DNA of 64,000 nucleotides. Source: an uncultured Chloroflexia bacterium (GTDB lineage: Bacteria > Chloroflexota > Limnocylindria > QHBO01). Under the pieces are notes generated by a model. It was given only the letters and a program-made list of their open reading frames with translations. It made no database searches and was not told the DNA's origin. Of this stretch, positions 43,749 to 54,447 are shown in pieces (the first letter of the stretch is position 1; every line of letters starts with the position of its first letter). The DNA is taken from assembly GCA_963814375.1 (NCBI GenBank), contig CAWFCQ010000004.1, positions 320,001-384,000 on the forward strand, given 5' to 3'. The position numbers and the translations under genes were made by a program.

Positions 43749-46108
43749 GCCCCATCGTCCTCGTCCGGGGCGAGCTCGCCGCCCCACCCGTCGCTCGTGA
43801 CGAGCACCTCGCGGAAGCGGCTGCCATCGGCTGGGCCGACGATGCCGCGGTCCTCCATCTGGTCGAGGATGCGAGCGGCACGCGCGTAGCCGATGCGCAA
43901 CCGACGCTGGAGCAGCGAGGCCGATGCCTTGTCGGAGCGCCTGACGATGTCGACGGCCTGGGTGAGGAGAGCGTCGGCATCATCGTCCTCCTCGTCCCCC
44001 GGCCGCCCGCCGGGACGTCCATCGCGCCGGGGAGCGGTCACGCTCGGGTCGTACTGTGCTCCTCCCTGCGCGCGCCAGTGACGGACGACGGACTCGATCT
44101 CCGGATCGGTGACGAGCACTCCCTGGAGGCGGACTGCCCGCGGCGCGTCGATCGGCTGGTAGAGCATGTCGCCGCGGCCGAGAAGGTCCTCCGCGCCCGT
44201 GGTGTCGAGGATCGTGCGCGAGTCGATCCCGCTTGTCATCGCGAAGGCGATGCGGCTCGGGATGTTCGCCTTGATCAGCCCGGTGATGACCTGCACCGAT
44301 GGGCGCTGCGTGGCCACCACGAGATGGATGCCGGTCGCCCGGGCGAGCTGGGCGATCCGGGTGATCGTCGCCTCCACCTCGTAGGCGGAGACCATCATCA
44401 GGTCGGCAAGCTCGTCGATCACGATGACGATGTACGGCATGCGCGGCTCGCCGGCCCGGAGCGCGTCGTTGTAGCCGGCGATGTTCCGCACTCCGCGCGC
44501 CGCGAACTCCCCGTAGCGGCTCTCCATCGTCCCGACCGTCCACTTGAGGGCGTTCACCGCCTTTTCCGGCTCGACGATCACCTCGGTCTTCAGGTGCGGG
44601 ATGCCCTTGTACTGCGCCAGCTCGACCCGCTTCGGGTCGATGAGGATGAGCTTTACCTCCGCCGGCGTGGAGTTCATGAGGAAGGAGCCGATGATGGCGT
44701 TGACGCACACGCTCTTGCCGGAGCCGGTGGCGCCGGCGATGAGGAGGTGCGGCATCCTGGCAAGGTCGGCGCTGAATGGCTGGCCGGCGACGTCCTGCCC
44801 CAGCGCGAAGGCCAGCTTCGACTTCTTCGTCGCCTCTCCGTGGATGCGGCTGGCCAGGACCTCCTTCAGCGTCACGAGGTCGAAGGCGGAGTTGGGGATC
44901 TCGATTCCGACGTACGGCTCACCCGGGATCGGCGCCTCGATCCGAATGCTCCGAGCCGAAAGCGCGAGCGCGAGGTTGTCCGAGAGGCCCTCGATCCGGC
45001 TGAGCTTCACCCCGGGCTCGACGTCGAGGGCGTACTGCGTCACGACGGGCCCTTCCTGGATGCGAGCGACCTTCACGCCGATGCCGAAATGCGCCAGCGT
45101 CTCGCGGATCCGCAGTCCCTTGGCAGTGAGATCGAGCTGTGCGGCGGACGACTCCGGCGCGTTCGCGAGCAGATCGATCGCGGGCAGCTCCCACACGCGC
45201 TCGACCGGCTCGAGGGCGGCGTCGCTGCTGCCGCTCTCCCCGACCTCGGCAAGGTGGGCCTCTTCCTCGGCGGCGAGATCCTCGTCGATCGCCGCGGCGG
45301 CGACGGCCTCGCCCGCCACCGCCATCGGGACCGGCACGGGCGGCGGAGGGGTGCGACCGTTGCCGTTCGCGCCGGGCGCCGGGCGCTCGCGACGGACGAT
45401 CACGGGAGCCTCCTCGTCCGCTTCCGCACCGCCGATGCGGTCGCGCCACCGGTCGAGCAGCCCTGGGCGAGCCTGGCTCTCGGCCACGGGCTCAGGGCGC
45501 GCGTCACTCGGCCGGGCCTTGCGCGCGGCGCGCTGTGCCGCATCCGCGTCGCGTTCCTGCTGCTCGTGGCGATCGGCAAGGTATGCCGCAACGAGGTCCC
45601 CGATCGTCATGTTGAAGTAGAGGAGCAGCCCGACGATCGCGAGCAGGACGAGGACGATCCACGCTCCGGCTTCACCGAGCGCACCGTTGAGCAATCCGCT
45701 CACGCCGAAGCCGATGGCTCCCCCGCCCTCGCCGGTCGAGATCGCCTCGGCCCCTCCGCCCACGCTGAGGTGGAACATGCCGAGCACCGCCAGCGCCACC
45801 AGGGCAGCACCGCTGGCGGCCATCCAGCGCTCGGCCGGCATCGTCTTCATCCACAGCATCAGGGCGAAACCGGCGAGCAGCGGGGCGGCGAAGGCGATCC
45901 CCCACCCCAGCAGCGTGGCGAGCAGATCCCGCCACGGGCGGATGATGGCGCCGGCGTCGGGAGCGAACAGCGCGATGACGCTGATGATCGCGAGGAAGAC
46001 CAGCACCAGGGCCAGGCCCTCGCGCACGAAGCGTCCGCTCAGGACGAACGGCGTCTGCTGGCGTCGCCTCGGCGTGCGGCGCCGGGTCGTCCTCCGTCGC
46101 GTGGCCAC
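43745..46108 (-). CDS. ftsK: DNA translocase FtsK/SpoIIIE
   Basis: N-terminal TMs, IRIEAPIPG, AGATGSGKS, IDELADLM, ATQRPS, gamma domain LQRRLRIGYARA. Confidence 0.97.
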   Translation of the reverse strand: MATRRRTTRRRTPRRRQQTPFVLSGRFVREGLALVLVFLAIISVIALFAPDAGAIIRPWRDLLATLLGWGIAFAAPLLAGFALMLWMKTMPAERWMAASGAALVALAVLGMFHLSVGGGAEAISTGEGGGAIGFGVSGLLNGALGEAGAWIVLVLLAIVGLLLYFNMTIGDLVAAYLADRHEQQERDADAAQRAARKARPSDARPEPVAESQARPGLLDRWRDRIGGAEADEEAPVIVRRERPAPGANGNGRTPPPPVPVPMAVAGEAVAAAAIDEDLAAEEEAHLAEVGESGSSDAALEPVERVWELPAIDLLANAPESSAAQLDLTAKGLRIRETLAHFGIGVKVARIQEGPVVTQYALDVEPGVKLSRIEGLSDNLALALSARSIRIEAPIPGEPYVGIEIPNSAFDLVTLKEVLASRIHGEATKKSKLAFALGQDVAGQPFSADLARMPHLLIAGATGSGKSVCVNAIIGSFLMNSTPAEVKLILIDPKRVELAQYKGIPHLKTEVIVEPEKAVNALKWTVGTMESRYGEFAARGVRNIAGYNDALRAGEPRMPYIVIVIDELADLMMVSAYEVEATITRIAQLARATGIHLVVATQRPSVQVITGLIKANIPSRIAFAMTSGIDSRTILDTTGAEDLLGRGDMLYQPIDAPRAVRLQGVLVTDPEIESVVRHWRAQGGAQYDPSVTAPRRDGRPGGRPGDEEDDDADALLTQAVDIVRRSDKASASLLQRRLRIGYARAARILDQMEDRGIVGPADGSRFREVLVTSDGWGGELAPDEDDGA

Positions 46109-46115
46109 GGTCGGC

Positions 46116-47780
46116 TCAGACCTCCATCACGATCGGCAGGATCATGGGTCGCCGCTTGGTGCGCTCGTGGAAGAAGCGGCTGAGCGTGTCGCGGATCTTC
46201 GTCTTCAGGAAGCCAGGCTCGGCGGCGTGCTCGTCCTCGTGCGGCTGGCGGAGCGCCTTGAGCAGGTGGTCGCGCGCCTCACCCATCAGCGGATCGTCCG
46301 GATCCGACAGGAACCCGCGGCTCACCAGGTCGGGGTTGCCGACCGGCTGACCGGTCTGGGCGTCCACCGTGAGCGCCACCATCACCACGCCGTCCGAGGC
46401 GAGCATGCGTCGATCGCGCAGGACGACGCCGTCGATGCCGTCGATCGCGGCGATCCCGTCGACGAGCACCGCACCGGCGGCCACCGGGGCCGCCAGACGG
46501 GCTCGCTCGCCGTCCCACTCGACCGCCTGTCCGTTCTCGAGCACGAAGATGCGGTCGACGCCGACGCCAGCGCCCTCGGCCAGCAGGCCGTGCTGCACGA
46601 GCATCCGGTACTCACCGTGGATCGGGATGAAGTGGCGCGGCTTGACGAGGCCCAGCATCAGCTTGAGCTCCTCGCGCGAGCCGTGGCCGGAGACGTGGCA
46701 GTGGACGAGCGGCTCGTAGTGGACCATCGCGCCCTCCTTGAAGAGGTTGTCGATGGTCTTGGCGACGGCCTCCTCGTTGCCGGGGATCGGCGAGGCGGAG
46801 ACGATGACCGTGTCGCCCGGCTCGATCGTGATGTTCCGATGGTCGCGGTTGCTCATGCGAGTCAGCCCGCTCATCGGCTCGCCCTGCGACCCGGTGGTCA
46901 TGACCACCAGCTGCTCCTTGGGCAGACGCTGGAGCTGGTCCTTCTTCACCAGCGTGCCGTCGCGGGCGTCGAGGTAGCCGCGCTCGAGCGCGATGGCGGT
47001 GTTCTGCTCCATGCTTCTGCCGAGGGCGACCATCTTGCGGCCGTGCGCCCAGGCGGCGTCGATCACCTGCTGGACGCGCCCGATGTTGCTGGCGAAGGTT
47101 GCGACGATGACGCGGCCGTGCGCCTCTCCGACCAGGCGGTGGAGGCTCTCGCCAACGGTCGCCTCGGAGAGGGTGTAGCCCTCCTTCTCGGCTCGCGTCG
47201 AGTCGGAGAGGAGGAACTCGACCCCGCGGCTGCCGATCTCGGCGATGAGCCCCAGATCGGCACGACGCCCGTCCGGCGGTGTGTGGTCGAACTTGAAGTC
47301 ACCGGTGTGCACGACCGTGCCGAGCGGCGTGTCGATGGCGTAGCCGACGCCGTCCGGGATCGAGTGGCTCACTCGGAATGGCGTGACGCGGAAGAGGCCC
47401 ACCGCGAACTCACGCCCCGGCTCGACGATGTGCAGCGGTGTCGAGTCGAGCAGCTTGTGCTCGCGCAGCTTGCCCTGCACGAGGCCCTCCGTGAGGCGAG
47501 TCGCGTAGATCGGGGTGCCGGGGATCTGCGGGAGGACGTAAGGCAGCGCGCCGGTGTGATCCTCGTGGCCGTGGGTCAGCACGATCCCGCGCACGCGGTC
47601 CCGGTTCTCGGCGAGGAAGGTGACGTCGGGAATGACGAGGTCGATGCCGAGCATGTCCGGCTCAGGGAAGGCAAGGCCGCAGTCGACGACCAGGATCTCG
47701 CCCGCGACCTCGATGACGGTGATGTTCTTGCCGACCTCGCCCACCCCACCGAGCGGGATGATGCGCAGGGAATCGGGCAT
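46116..47780 (-). CDS. rnj: Ribonuclease J
   Basis: PLGGVGEVGKN, THGHEDH, HTGDFK, GSQGEP, HVSGH, PIHGEYR. Confidence 0.97.
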   Translation of the reverse strand: MPDSLRIIPLGGVGEVGKNITVIEVAGEILVVDCGLAFPEPDMLGIDLVIPDVTFLAENRDRVRGIVLTHGHEDHTGALPYVLPQIPGTPIYATRLTEGLVQGKLREHKLLDSTPLHIVEPGREFAVGLFRVTPFRVSHSIPDGVGYAIDTPLGTVVHTGDFKFDHTPPDGRRADLGLIAEIGSRGVEFLLSDSTRAEKEGYTLSEATVGESLHRLVGEAHGRVIVATFASNIGRVQQVIDAAWAHGRKMVALGRSMEQNTAIALERGYLDARDGTLVKKDQLQRLPKEQLVVMTTGSQGEPMSGLTRMSNRDHRNITIEPGDTVIVSASPIPGNEEAVAKTIDNLFKEGAMVHYEPLVHCHVSGHGSREELKLMLGLVKPRHFIPIHGEYRMLVQHGLLAEGAGVGVDRIFVLENGQAVEWDGERARLAAPVAAGAVLVDGIAAIDGIDGVVLRDRRMLASDGVVMVALTVDAQTGQPVGNPDLVSRGFLSDPDDPLMGEARDHLLKALRQPHEDEHAAEPGFLKTKIRDTLSRFFHERTKRRPMILPIVMEV

Positions 47781-47788
47781 GGGTGCTC

Positions 47789-48481
47789 CTAGAAGAGGGT
47801 CATCTGTTCGGCGTCGACGGCATCCCGCTCCGGCTCGAGCTCCGGGGCGGCCGCCTCCTCGACCCGTACGGCTGTCGACTGCTCGTCGCCGAGCGCCTCG
47901 CGCGCGGCCAGCAGCGCCGCCGGCAGCCCACGCATGTCACTGAACAGGGTTTCGCGCAGCGAGGCCTGGTGCAGCGCCGCAGCAGGATGGTACATCGGGA
48001 AGACGTGCTGACCGGAGAAGGACCGACGCAGCTGACCGTGAACGGCGCCGATCCGCGCTCCCGGCAGGTACCGCTGAAGCGAGTGGCGGCCGAGGGTCAC
48101 GACCACGGCCGGGTCGAGGGCCCGCTCCTGGCGGTCGAGGTACCCGCTGCAGGCCGCCGCCTCCGCCGGCTCGGGGTCGCGATTGGCCGGCGGCCGGCAC
48201 TTGACGATGTTCGTGATGAATACGTCGTTGCGCGCCCAGCCGATGGCGTGGAGGAGCTCGTCGAGAAGCTGACCTGCCGGGCCGACGAACGGCCGGCCGG
48301 TGGCGTCCTCCCGCGCACCCGGTCCCTCCCCCACCAGCAGGACGTCGCTCAGCAGGTTGCCCTCACCGGGCACGGCGTGCGTGCGGCGTGCAGCCAGGGG
48401 GCAGAGGGTGCAGACGCGCACCTCTTCAGCGATCTGGGCGAGCGCGCCCACCCCGTCGTTCGGCTCACCCGAGGCGCCCAT
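47789..48481 (-). CDS. udg: Uracil-DNA glycosylase family 4 (4Fe-4S)
   Basis: CxxC, GEGPG, GRPFVG, KCRPP.NR, YHPAA. Confidence 0.93.
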   Translation of the reverse strand: MGASGEPNDGVGALAQIAEEVRVCTLCPLAARRTHAVPGEGNLLSDVLLVGEGPGAREDATGRPFVGPAGQLLDELLHAIGWARNDVFITNIVKCRPPANRDPEPAEAAACSGYLDRQERALDPAVVVTLGRHSLQRYLPGARIGAVHGQLRRSFSGQHVFPMYHPAAALHQASLRETLFSDMRGLPAALLAAREALGDEQSTAVRVEEAAAPELEPERDAVDAEQMTLF

Positions 48482-48529
48482 CGGCACCGAGGGTAGCGCG
48501 CCGCCGCACGGTGCGGCGGCGCCATCGGT

Positions 48530-51163
48530 CTACGAGCGGTCGTCGTTCCCGGAACCCGAACCGGCGCCGGCCTTGGCCATGTGTCGCTCCATCGCCGCTC
48601 GGCGGCTCAGGTTGACGCGACCCATGCGGTCGATCTCGGTCACGACCACCATCAGCTCATCGCCGATGCTGACCACGTCCTCGACGCGCGGCACCCGGTA
48701 GTCGGCGAGCTGGCTGATGTGGACCAGGCCCTCCTTGCCGGGCAGGATCTCGACGAAGGCACCGAAGTTCATGATCCGGGTGACCTTGCCGAGGTACTCC
48801 TTGCCGACCTCCACATCCTTGGTCAGGCCTTCGATCCAGGCGATCGCCTTCTTGGCGGCCTCGCCGTCGGTGGCGGCGATCTGGATGGTGCCGTCGTCCT
48901 CGACGTTGATCTGGGTGCCGGTCTCGGCGGTGATCTGGCGGATCACCTTGCCACCGGCGCCGATGACGTCGCGGATTTTGTCGACGGGGATCTTCAGCGT
49001 CGTGATGCGCGGCGCATACGGGCTGAGCTCCTCGCGGCTGGCGCTGATGACCTCGGTCATCTTGCCCAGGATGTGGATCCGGGCATCGTGGGCCTGGAGG
49101 AGCGCATCGCGGCAGATCTCGGGCGTGATGCCCGCGACCTTGATGTCCATCTGGAGCGCGGTGACTCCCTCGGACGTGCCGGTCACCTTGAAGTCCATGT
49201 CGCCGTAGGCGTCTTCCTTGCCGGTGATGTCGGTCAGGACGGCGTAGCGGCCGGTCTCCTTGTCGGTGATCAGGCCCATCGCGGCGCCGGCCACCGGAGC
49301 CTTGATCGGCACGCCTGCATCCATGAGGGCAAGCGTCGAGCCGCAGGTGGAGGCCATGGAGGTGGAGCCGTTCGAGCTGACGCACTCGCTGACCACTCGG
49401 ATCACGTACGGGAACTCGTCCGTGGAGGGGAGGACCGGCAGGAGCGCGCGCTCGGCGAGCGCACCGTGGCCGATCTCACGTCGGCCGGGACCGCGCATGA
49501 ACTTCGCCTCGCCGACCGAGTACGGCGGCATGTTGTAGTGGTGCATGTAGCGCTTCTCGGTCTCGGGGCTGATCGTGTCCATGCGCTGGACGTCGCTCGA
49601 CGGGCCGAGCGTCGCGATCGAGAGCGCCTGGGTCTGGCCACGGGTGAAGAGGCCAGAACCGTGCGTGCGTGGCAGGACGCCGACCTCCACGCTGATGGGC
49701 CGGATCGTGGTCGTGTCGCGACCGTCGATCCTGATGTTCTCGTTGAGCACGAGCTCACGGACGGTCGCCTTCGTGATCACGTCCATGAGCGGCGAGCCGA
49801 TGCCATGGCGCCGGCGGATGTCCTCCATCCGGTCGCCCTGCTCGGAGCGGTTGTAGCCCTCGCGGGCGCGACGGACCTCGCCGGCGATGTCCTCGCGGAT
49901 CGCGTCGAGGCGCTCCGCCAGGCCCGAGGTGAAGTGGATGAACAGCTCCGCGGTGGCCTCGGCATCCGGCATCGCGCGATGGGCCGCAGCGTGGTCGCGA
50001 CCGAAGACGAAGCGAACGAGGTCGGCGAGCTTCCACGCGCCGGCATCCGGGTAGAGCTGGTAGCCGAGCTCGAGGGTGTCGAAGACGGCCTTCGGCTCCC
50101 ACTTCACATCGTTCGGCAGGTGACGCAGCACGTACGGCAGGTCGAACGCGATGTTGTGCGCCACGATCGGCGTCTCGCCGACCCACTGCGTGAAGTTGGT
50201 CAGAACCTCGGCCGCGGTCGGGGCGCTGGCGACGTCATCGGTGCTGATGCCGTGCACCTGGTGCCCGACGATGGCGCGTCCGGGGTTGACGAGCGACTCG
50301 AAGCGGTCGACGACCTGGCCGTCGCGCACGCGAAGGGCGGCGATGTCCACGATGTAGCCGTTCTCCGGCTTGATCGCGGTCGTCTCGAGGTCGAAGACGA
50401 CGAACTCGTTCTGCCCCTCGCTGAGCAGCTTGCCGAGCTGGGCGACCGATGCCGCCTTGGGGGCAACGAACGGAACCTTCTTCGGCGTGCCTGCCGAGGC
50501 GACGAGCCGGTCCTGGAGCTCGATCGACTTCTGGAGCTCGGAATGTCCGAAGGCGATGGCATCGGCCATGACCTCCTCGGGCAGGATCTTCGCGCCGGCC
50601 TCGACCATCATGACCGCGTCGCGCGTGCCGGCCACGACGAGATCCAGCTCGCTCTCGGCCAGCTGGCTGTTCGTCGGGTTGGTGACGAACTCACCGTTCA
50701 GGCGGCCGACGCGGACGGCGCCGATGGGGCCCTGGAACGGGATGTGGCTCACGCTCAGCGCGGCCGATGCGCCGTTCAGCGCGAGAATATCCGGGTCGTT
50801 TTCCTGGTCGGTCGAGAGGACCGTCAGGACGACCTGGACGTCGTTGTAGTAGCCCTTGGGGAAGAGCGGGCGGATCGGCCGGTCGGTGAGGCGCATCGCC
50901 AGGATGGCAGCCTCCGACGGGCGCGACTCGCGCTTGATGAAGCCGCCCGGGATCTTGCCGGCGGCGTACATCCGCTCCTCGTAGTCGACGGTGAGCGGGA
51001 AGAAGTCGGCGCCCTCGCGCGGCTCCTTCGCGGCCACCGCGGTCGCCAGGACGACGCTATCGCCATAGCGGACGATGACTGCGCCATCGGCCTGCTCGGC
51101 CAGCTTGCCGGCCTCCATGCTGAAGACCTGGCCGCCGATCTCGGCCTCGTGCTTGATTGCCAC
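48530..51163 (-). CDS. pnp: Polynucleotide phosphorylase with an inserted DEDDh exonuclease domain
   Basis: [37 protein letters not shown] and S1 domains; extra domain at about aa 252-410. Confidence 0.97.
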   Translation of the reverse strand: MAIKHEAEIGGQVFSMEAGKLAEQADGAVIVRYGDSVVLATAVAAKEPREGADFFPLTVDYEERMYAAGKIPGGFIKRESRPSEAAILAMRLTDRPIRPLFPKGYYNDVQVVLTVLSTDQENDPDILALNGASAALSVSHIPFQGPIGAVRVGRLNGEFVTNPTNSQLAESELDLVVAGTRDAVMMVEAGAKILPEEVMADAIAFGHSELQKSIELQDRLVASAGTPKKVPFVAPKAASVAQLGKLLSEGQNEFVVFDLETTAIKPENGYIVDIAALRVRDGQVVDRFESLVNPGRAIVGHQVHGISTDDVASAPTAAEVLTNFTQWVGETPIVAHNIAFDLPYVLRHLPNDVKWEPKAVFDTLELGYQLYPDAGAWKLADLVRFVFGRDHAAAHRAMPDAEATAELFIHFTSGLAERLDAIREDIAGEVRRAREGYNRSEQGDRMEDIRRRHGIGSPLMDVITKATVRELVLNENIRIDGRDTTTIRPISVEVGVLPRTHGSGLFTRGQTQALSIATLGPSSDVQRMDTISPETEKRYMHHYNMPPYSVGEAKFMRGPGRREIGHGALAERALLPVLPSTDEFPYVIRVVSECVSSNGSTSMASTCGSTLALMDAGVPIKAPVAGAAMGLITDKETGRYAVLTDITGKEDAYGDMDFKVTGTSEGVTALQMDIKVAGITPEICRDALLQAHDARIHILGKMTEVISASREELSPYAPRITTLKIPVDKIRDVIGAGGKVIRQITAETGTQINVEDDGTIQIAATDGEAAKKAIAWIEGLTKDVEVGKEYLGKVTRIMNFGAFVEILPGKEGLVHISQLADYRVPRVEDVVSIGDELMVVVTEIDRMGRVNLSRRAAMERHMAKAGAGSGSGNDDRS

Positions 51164-51268
51164 AGATTCCTCCAGAGTGATGTCTGCCTGGCGCGCTTCG
51201 ACGCTGGTGCGCGAAGCGCAGGCGTCAGGCAGGGGCGGTTGCCCGTTGCGTGATGTTCAGATAGGCGA

Positions 51269-51300
51269 GACCCAGAACCCGACGGTGGGGGTCCTGGGTC
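51269..51300 (-). terminator. Hairpin between rpsO and pnp (terminator or processing site)
   Basis: GACCCAGGACCC...GGGTTCTGGGTC stem on the minus strand right after the rpsO stop. Confidence 0.55.
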
Positions 51301-51312
51301 GATCGCAGGTGG

Positions 51313-51582
51313 TTAGCGGCGCAGTCCCAAGCCGGTGATGACGGCGCGGTAGCGGTCCACGTCATGTCGGACGAGGTAGGCCAGCAGCCGTCGTCGCTGC
51401 CCGACGAGCTTCAGCAGCCCGCGGCGCGAGTGGTTGTCCTTGGGGAAGCTGCGCAGATGATCCGTCAGCGACTTGATCCGCTCGGTGAGAAGCGCAATCT
51501 GCACCTCGGGTGACCCTGTGTCGCCCTCGTGCGTGGCGTATTCGTCGACGATTGCGCTTTTCGCGTCCTTGGCGAGCGGCAC
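51313..51582 (-). CDS. rpsO: 30S ribosomal protein S15
   Basis: [30 protein letters not shown]; GGAGG RBS; TGGTAAACT extended -10 upstream. Confidence 0.98.
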   Translation of the reverse strand: MPLAKDAKSAIVDEYATHEGDTGSPEVQIALLTERIKSLTDHLRSFPKDNHSRRGLLKLVGQRRRLLAYLVRHDVDRYRAVITGLGLRR

Positions 51583-51660
51583 GTATTCCTCCACATTCGT
51601 TTCCGTTATGGTCGGAAGTTTACCAGAGGACCCGGGCGGCCGCCATTGACCCCGATCGGT

Positions 51661-52593
51661 TCAGCGCCGGGGTGATGTGCCGAGACGCCGACGTGCCTCG
51701 GCCTCGTCCGCCTTCATCTGAGCGACCAGGGCATCTGCCGATTCGAACCGCCGCTCCTCCCGCAGGCGAGCGTCGAGCTCGACGGTGAGCGTCGTGCCAT
51801 ACAGGTCTCCGTCCCAATCGAGGAGGTAGACCTCGACGAGAACGCGGCCCTCGTCGTGGAAGGTCGGCCGCACCCCCACGCTGACGAGCGCAGGGTGATC
51901 CGGGCCGACCGACCGGTCAGGGACGGCCACGCGGCCCAGGTAGATTCCCAATGCCGGGAGCGCGGGCGCGTAGGCGAACTCGAGGTTGGCTGTGGGAAAT
52001 CCGAGCTCCCTCCCCCGCCGGTCGCCGTGGATCACGACGCCGCGAAGCAACGGCGCCGCGCCGAGCAGCGCGGCGGCCCTCTCGACATCGCCGCTCGTGA
52101 GCAGCTCACGGATGCGCGAGGACGAAACGGTGGCGCCCTCGACGACGAGCGGCTCGACGGCGATCGCGTCGAAGCCGCGCGCGGCGCCGATCTCCCCCAC
52201 CCGCTCGAGCGTGCCGCTCCGCGCGCGCCCGAAGGCGCTGTCCGGCGTCATGACGACGCCGCGAAGGTCGATTCCGGGTGCGAGGGCGTCGAGGAACGCC
52301 TCCGGCTCCATCGCGCGCACCCGGTCATCGAACCCAACCTCGATGGCACGGTCCAGCCCGGCTACCATCAGTCGCGACAGGGTGACCTCGGGCGGGAGGA
52401 GTCGCGGCACGCGGGTGTCGGGCCGGATGATCTCGTCCGGATGCGGGCTGAAGACGATCCCGACCGCCTGCGCCCGACGTTCGACCGCGGCGGCGCGCGT
52501 GGCCTCGACGACGTGACGGTGGCCGCGGTGAACTCCGTCGAAGACGCCGAGCGCCACCACCGATGGCCCGATGTTCGGGACGGATATCGTCAC
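51661..52593 (-). CDS. ribF: Bifunctional riboflavin kinase/FAD synthetase
   Basis: GVFDGVHRGH, SSSRIR, GRELGFPTAN, GVRPTF. Confidence 0.95.
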   Translation of the reverse strand: MTISVPNIGPSVVALGVFDGVHRGHRHVVEATRAAAVERRAQAVGIVFSPHPDEIIRPDTRVPRLLPPEVTLSRLMVAGLDRAIEVGFDDRVRAMEPEAFLDALAPGIDLRGVVMTPDSAFGRARSGTLERVGEIGAARGFDAIAVEPLVVEGATVSSSRIRELLTSGDVERAAALLGAAPLLRGVVIHGDRRGRELGFPTANLEFAYAPALPALGIYLGRVAVPDRSVGPDHPALVSVGVRPTFHDEGRVLVEVYLLDWDGDLYGTTLTVELDARLREERRFESADALVAQMKADEAEARRRLGTSPRR

Positions 52594-53480
52594 CGCGCCG
52601 CCTCCGTGGTCAGCACCTTCTCGGGACGAAGCCAGCCGCCGACCAGCGAGCCGACCCCCAGGAGTCCGGTCGCGGCGAAGACCTTGACGCGGCCGTCGGC
52701 GTCGAGGCTCGCCATCGGCTGCTGCGTCCCATGGACGAAGCGCCACGCGGCGTCCTCCTCGAGGGTGATCGACGGAAGGGTGAGGAGGTCGCCGACCGGC
52801 AGGATCGTCTCGGCAAGCCGTCCCTCGCCGGCCATCGACTCGAGCTCGGAAGGCGTGACGCCGTCGTCCACGCGCAGCCCGGCCGCCTCGGTACGTCGCA
52901 GGGCGTGAAGGTGACCACCGCAGCCGAGCCGCTCGCCGAGGTCCCTGGCGATCGAGCGGATGTACGTCCCCGGCCCGCAGCGGATGTCGAGCTGCACGTC
53001 CACGCGGTCCTCGTCGTTGTCGATTCCCAGCAGGTCGATCCGATCCACCGTGACGGTGCGGGGCGCAAGCTCGACCGGCTCGCCTGCACGCGCAGCGCGG
53101 TAGGCGGGACGCCCGGCGACCTTGCGAGCGCTGAAGCTCGGCGGCAGCTGGTCGAATGTGCCGACGAAGCTCTCCAGGGCGTCCCGGACCGCCGACTCTG
53201 ATGGGGGCGGCGCGCCGGTGAGCGTGAGCGGGCCCTGGGCGTCGTCGGTTGCCGAGCGCTCACCCAGGCGCACGACGGCCTCGTATCGCTTGCGGCCCCC
53301 GGTCAGCTCCTCGCTGAACCGGGTCGCCTGCCCCACCAGGATCGGCAGGACGCCGGACGCCAGCGGATCGAGTGTCCCTGCATGGCCGATCCGACGCGTC
53401 CCCGTGAGACGGCGCAGGAGCCCGACCATGTCGTGGCTGGTGGGACCGACCGGCTTGTCGAGGTTAACGACCCCGAGCAT
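52590..53480 (-). CDS. truB: tRNA pseudouridine(55) synthase
   Basis: DKPVGPTSHD, GHAGTLDP, GTYIRS, LRRT. Confidence 0.97.
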   Translation of the reverse strand: MLGVVNLDKPVGPTSHDMVGLLRRLTGTRRIGHAGTLDPLASGVLPILVGQATRFSEELTGGRKRYEAVVRLGERSATDDAQGPLTLTGAPPPSESAVRDALESFVGTFDQLPPSFSARKVAGRPAYRAARAGEPVELAPRTVTVDRIDLLGIDNDEDRVDVQLDIRCGPGTYIRSIARDLGERLGCGGHLHALRRTEAAGLRVDDGVTPSELESMAGEGRLAETILPVGDLLTLPSITLEEDAAWRFVHGTQQPMASLDADGRVKVFAATGLLGVGSLVGGWLRPEKVLTTEAAR

Positions 53481-54447
53481 CGGCACGCTCGAGCTCGCGC
53501 ACGCACTCTGCCAGCACGCGATCCCGCGCGTCATCGAGCCGCGCGTCGACGGTGCACCCTGCCGCACGAGCGTGGCCGCCCCCACCGAAGGCCGAGGTGA
53601 TCGCCACCGCATCGGCGCGCGCGGAGGTGCGGACGCTGACGCGGGTCTGGACCTCGGTCGCCTGCTTGAAGAGGAGCGTGACGTCCGCCGCCTTCGTGGA
53701 GGCGAGCAGGTCGATGAACCCCTCGCCGGCGACCGGATCGGTCCCGGTCTCCGACAGCATCCCCAGGGTCATGGCGGCGTGGACGATCCGGCCGTCATGC
53801 AGCTCGGCGGCACCGGCCAGGATGCGGCCCCACAGCGCGAGCGTGCTGAAGGGCTTGTCGGCATAGATGGCGCGGTGGATCGCCGAGAGTGGCGCGCCGG
53901 CCTCGACCAGGTCGGCGGTCACGCGCAGGGTGCGGGGCGTGGCATTCGGGTGCGCGAACGTGTGCGTGTCCTGCACGATCCCCGCGGTGAGGACGCTCGC
54001 GATGTCGTGGTCGATCTCGATGCCCAGGTCGGGCAGCAGCATGGCCACCATCTCGCACGTTGCCGCCGCGTCGGGGTCCACCCAGGCCACCGCGGCTTCC
54101 CCACCGTCGTTCGAGACGTGGTGGTCGATGTTCACGATGCGTGCGCGGCCGAGCCACTCGGCCGCCTCAATCGCCACCGCGCCGGTGCGCGACGGCGGCC
54201 CGTCGACGACGACGGCGACGTCCGGCTCGAGCGCGGGGCGCGTGCGTACCTCGGCGGCGTGCGGGAGGTGGGCGAGCGATGGCGGCACGGGGTCGGCGGC
54301 GACGACCTCCGCCTGCTTTCCCAGCCGCTCCGCGGCCATCCGAAGGGCGAGGGCGGCCCCGAGTGTGTCGGCATCCGGGTTCTCGTGGCAGATGGCGGTG
54401 ATCCGGCTGGCATCACGGAGCGCGGCGACCACCGCCTCGCGGCTCAC
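53464..54447 (-). CDS. nrnA: DHH/DHHA1 phosphoesterase (NrnA-like nanoRNase/pAp phosphatase)
   Basis: HENPDAD, NIDHH, GGGGHARAAG; lies between rbfA and truB. Confidence 0.88.
   Translation of the reverse strand: MSREAVVAALRDASRITAICHENPDADTLGAALALRMAAERLGKQAEVVAADPVPPSLAHLPHAAEVRTRPALEPDVAVVVDGPPSRTGAVAIEAAEWLGRARIVNIDHHVSNDGGEAAVAWVDPDAAATCEMVAMLLPDLGIEIDHDIASVLTAGIVQDTHTFAHPNATPRTLRVTADLVEAGAPLSAIHRAIYADKPFSTLALWGRILAGAAELHDGRIVHAAMTLGMLSETGTDPVAGEGFIDLLASTKAADVTLLFKQATEVQTRVSVRTSARADAVAITSAFGGGGHARAAGCTVDARLDDARDRVLAECVRELERADARGR

Noticed and set aside
49930-50410. pnp insert as an intein or homing endonuclease
   Set aside because: No N-terminal Cys/Ser splice block, no His-Asn end and no LAGLIDADG or HNH motif; the motifs are DEDDh.
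43436-51253. Very long opposite-strand ORFs (e.g. 915, 701 and 890 aa)
   Set aside because: These are shadow ORFs antisense to ftsK, rnj and pnp, as expected from high-GC codon bias, and they show no motifs.
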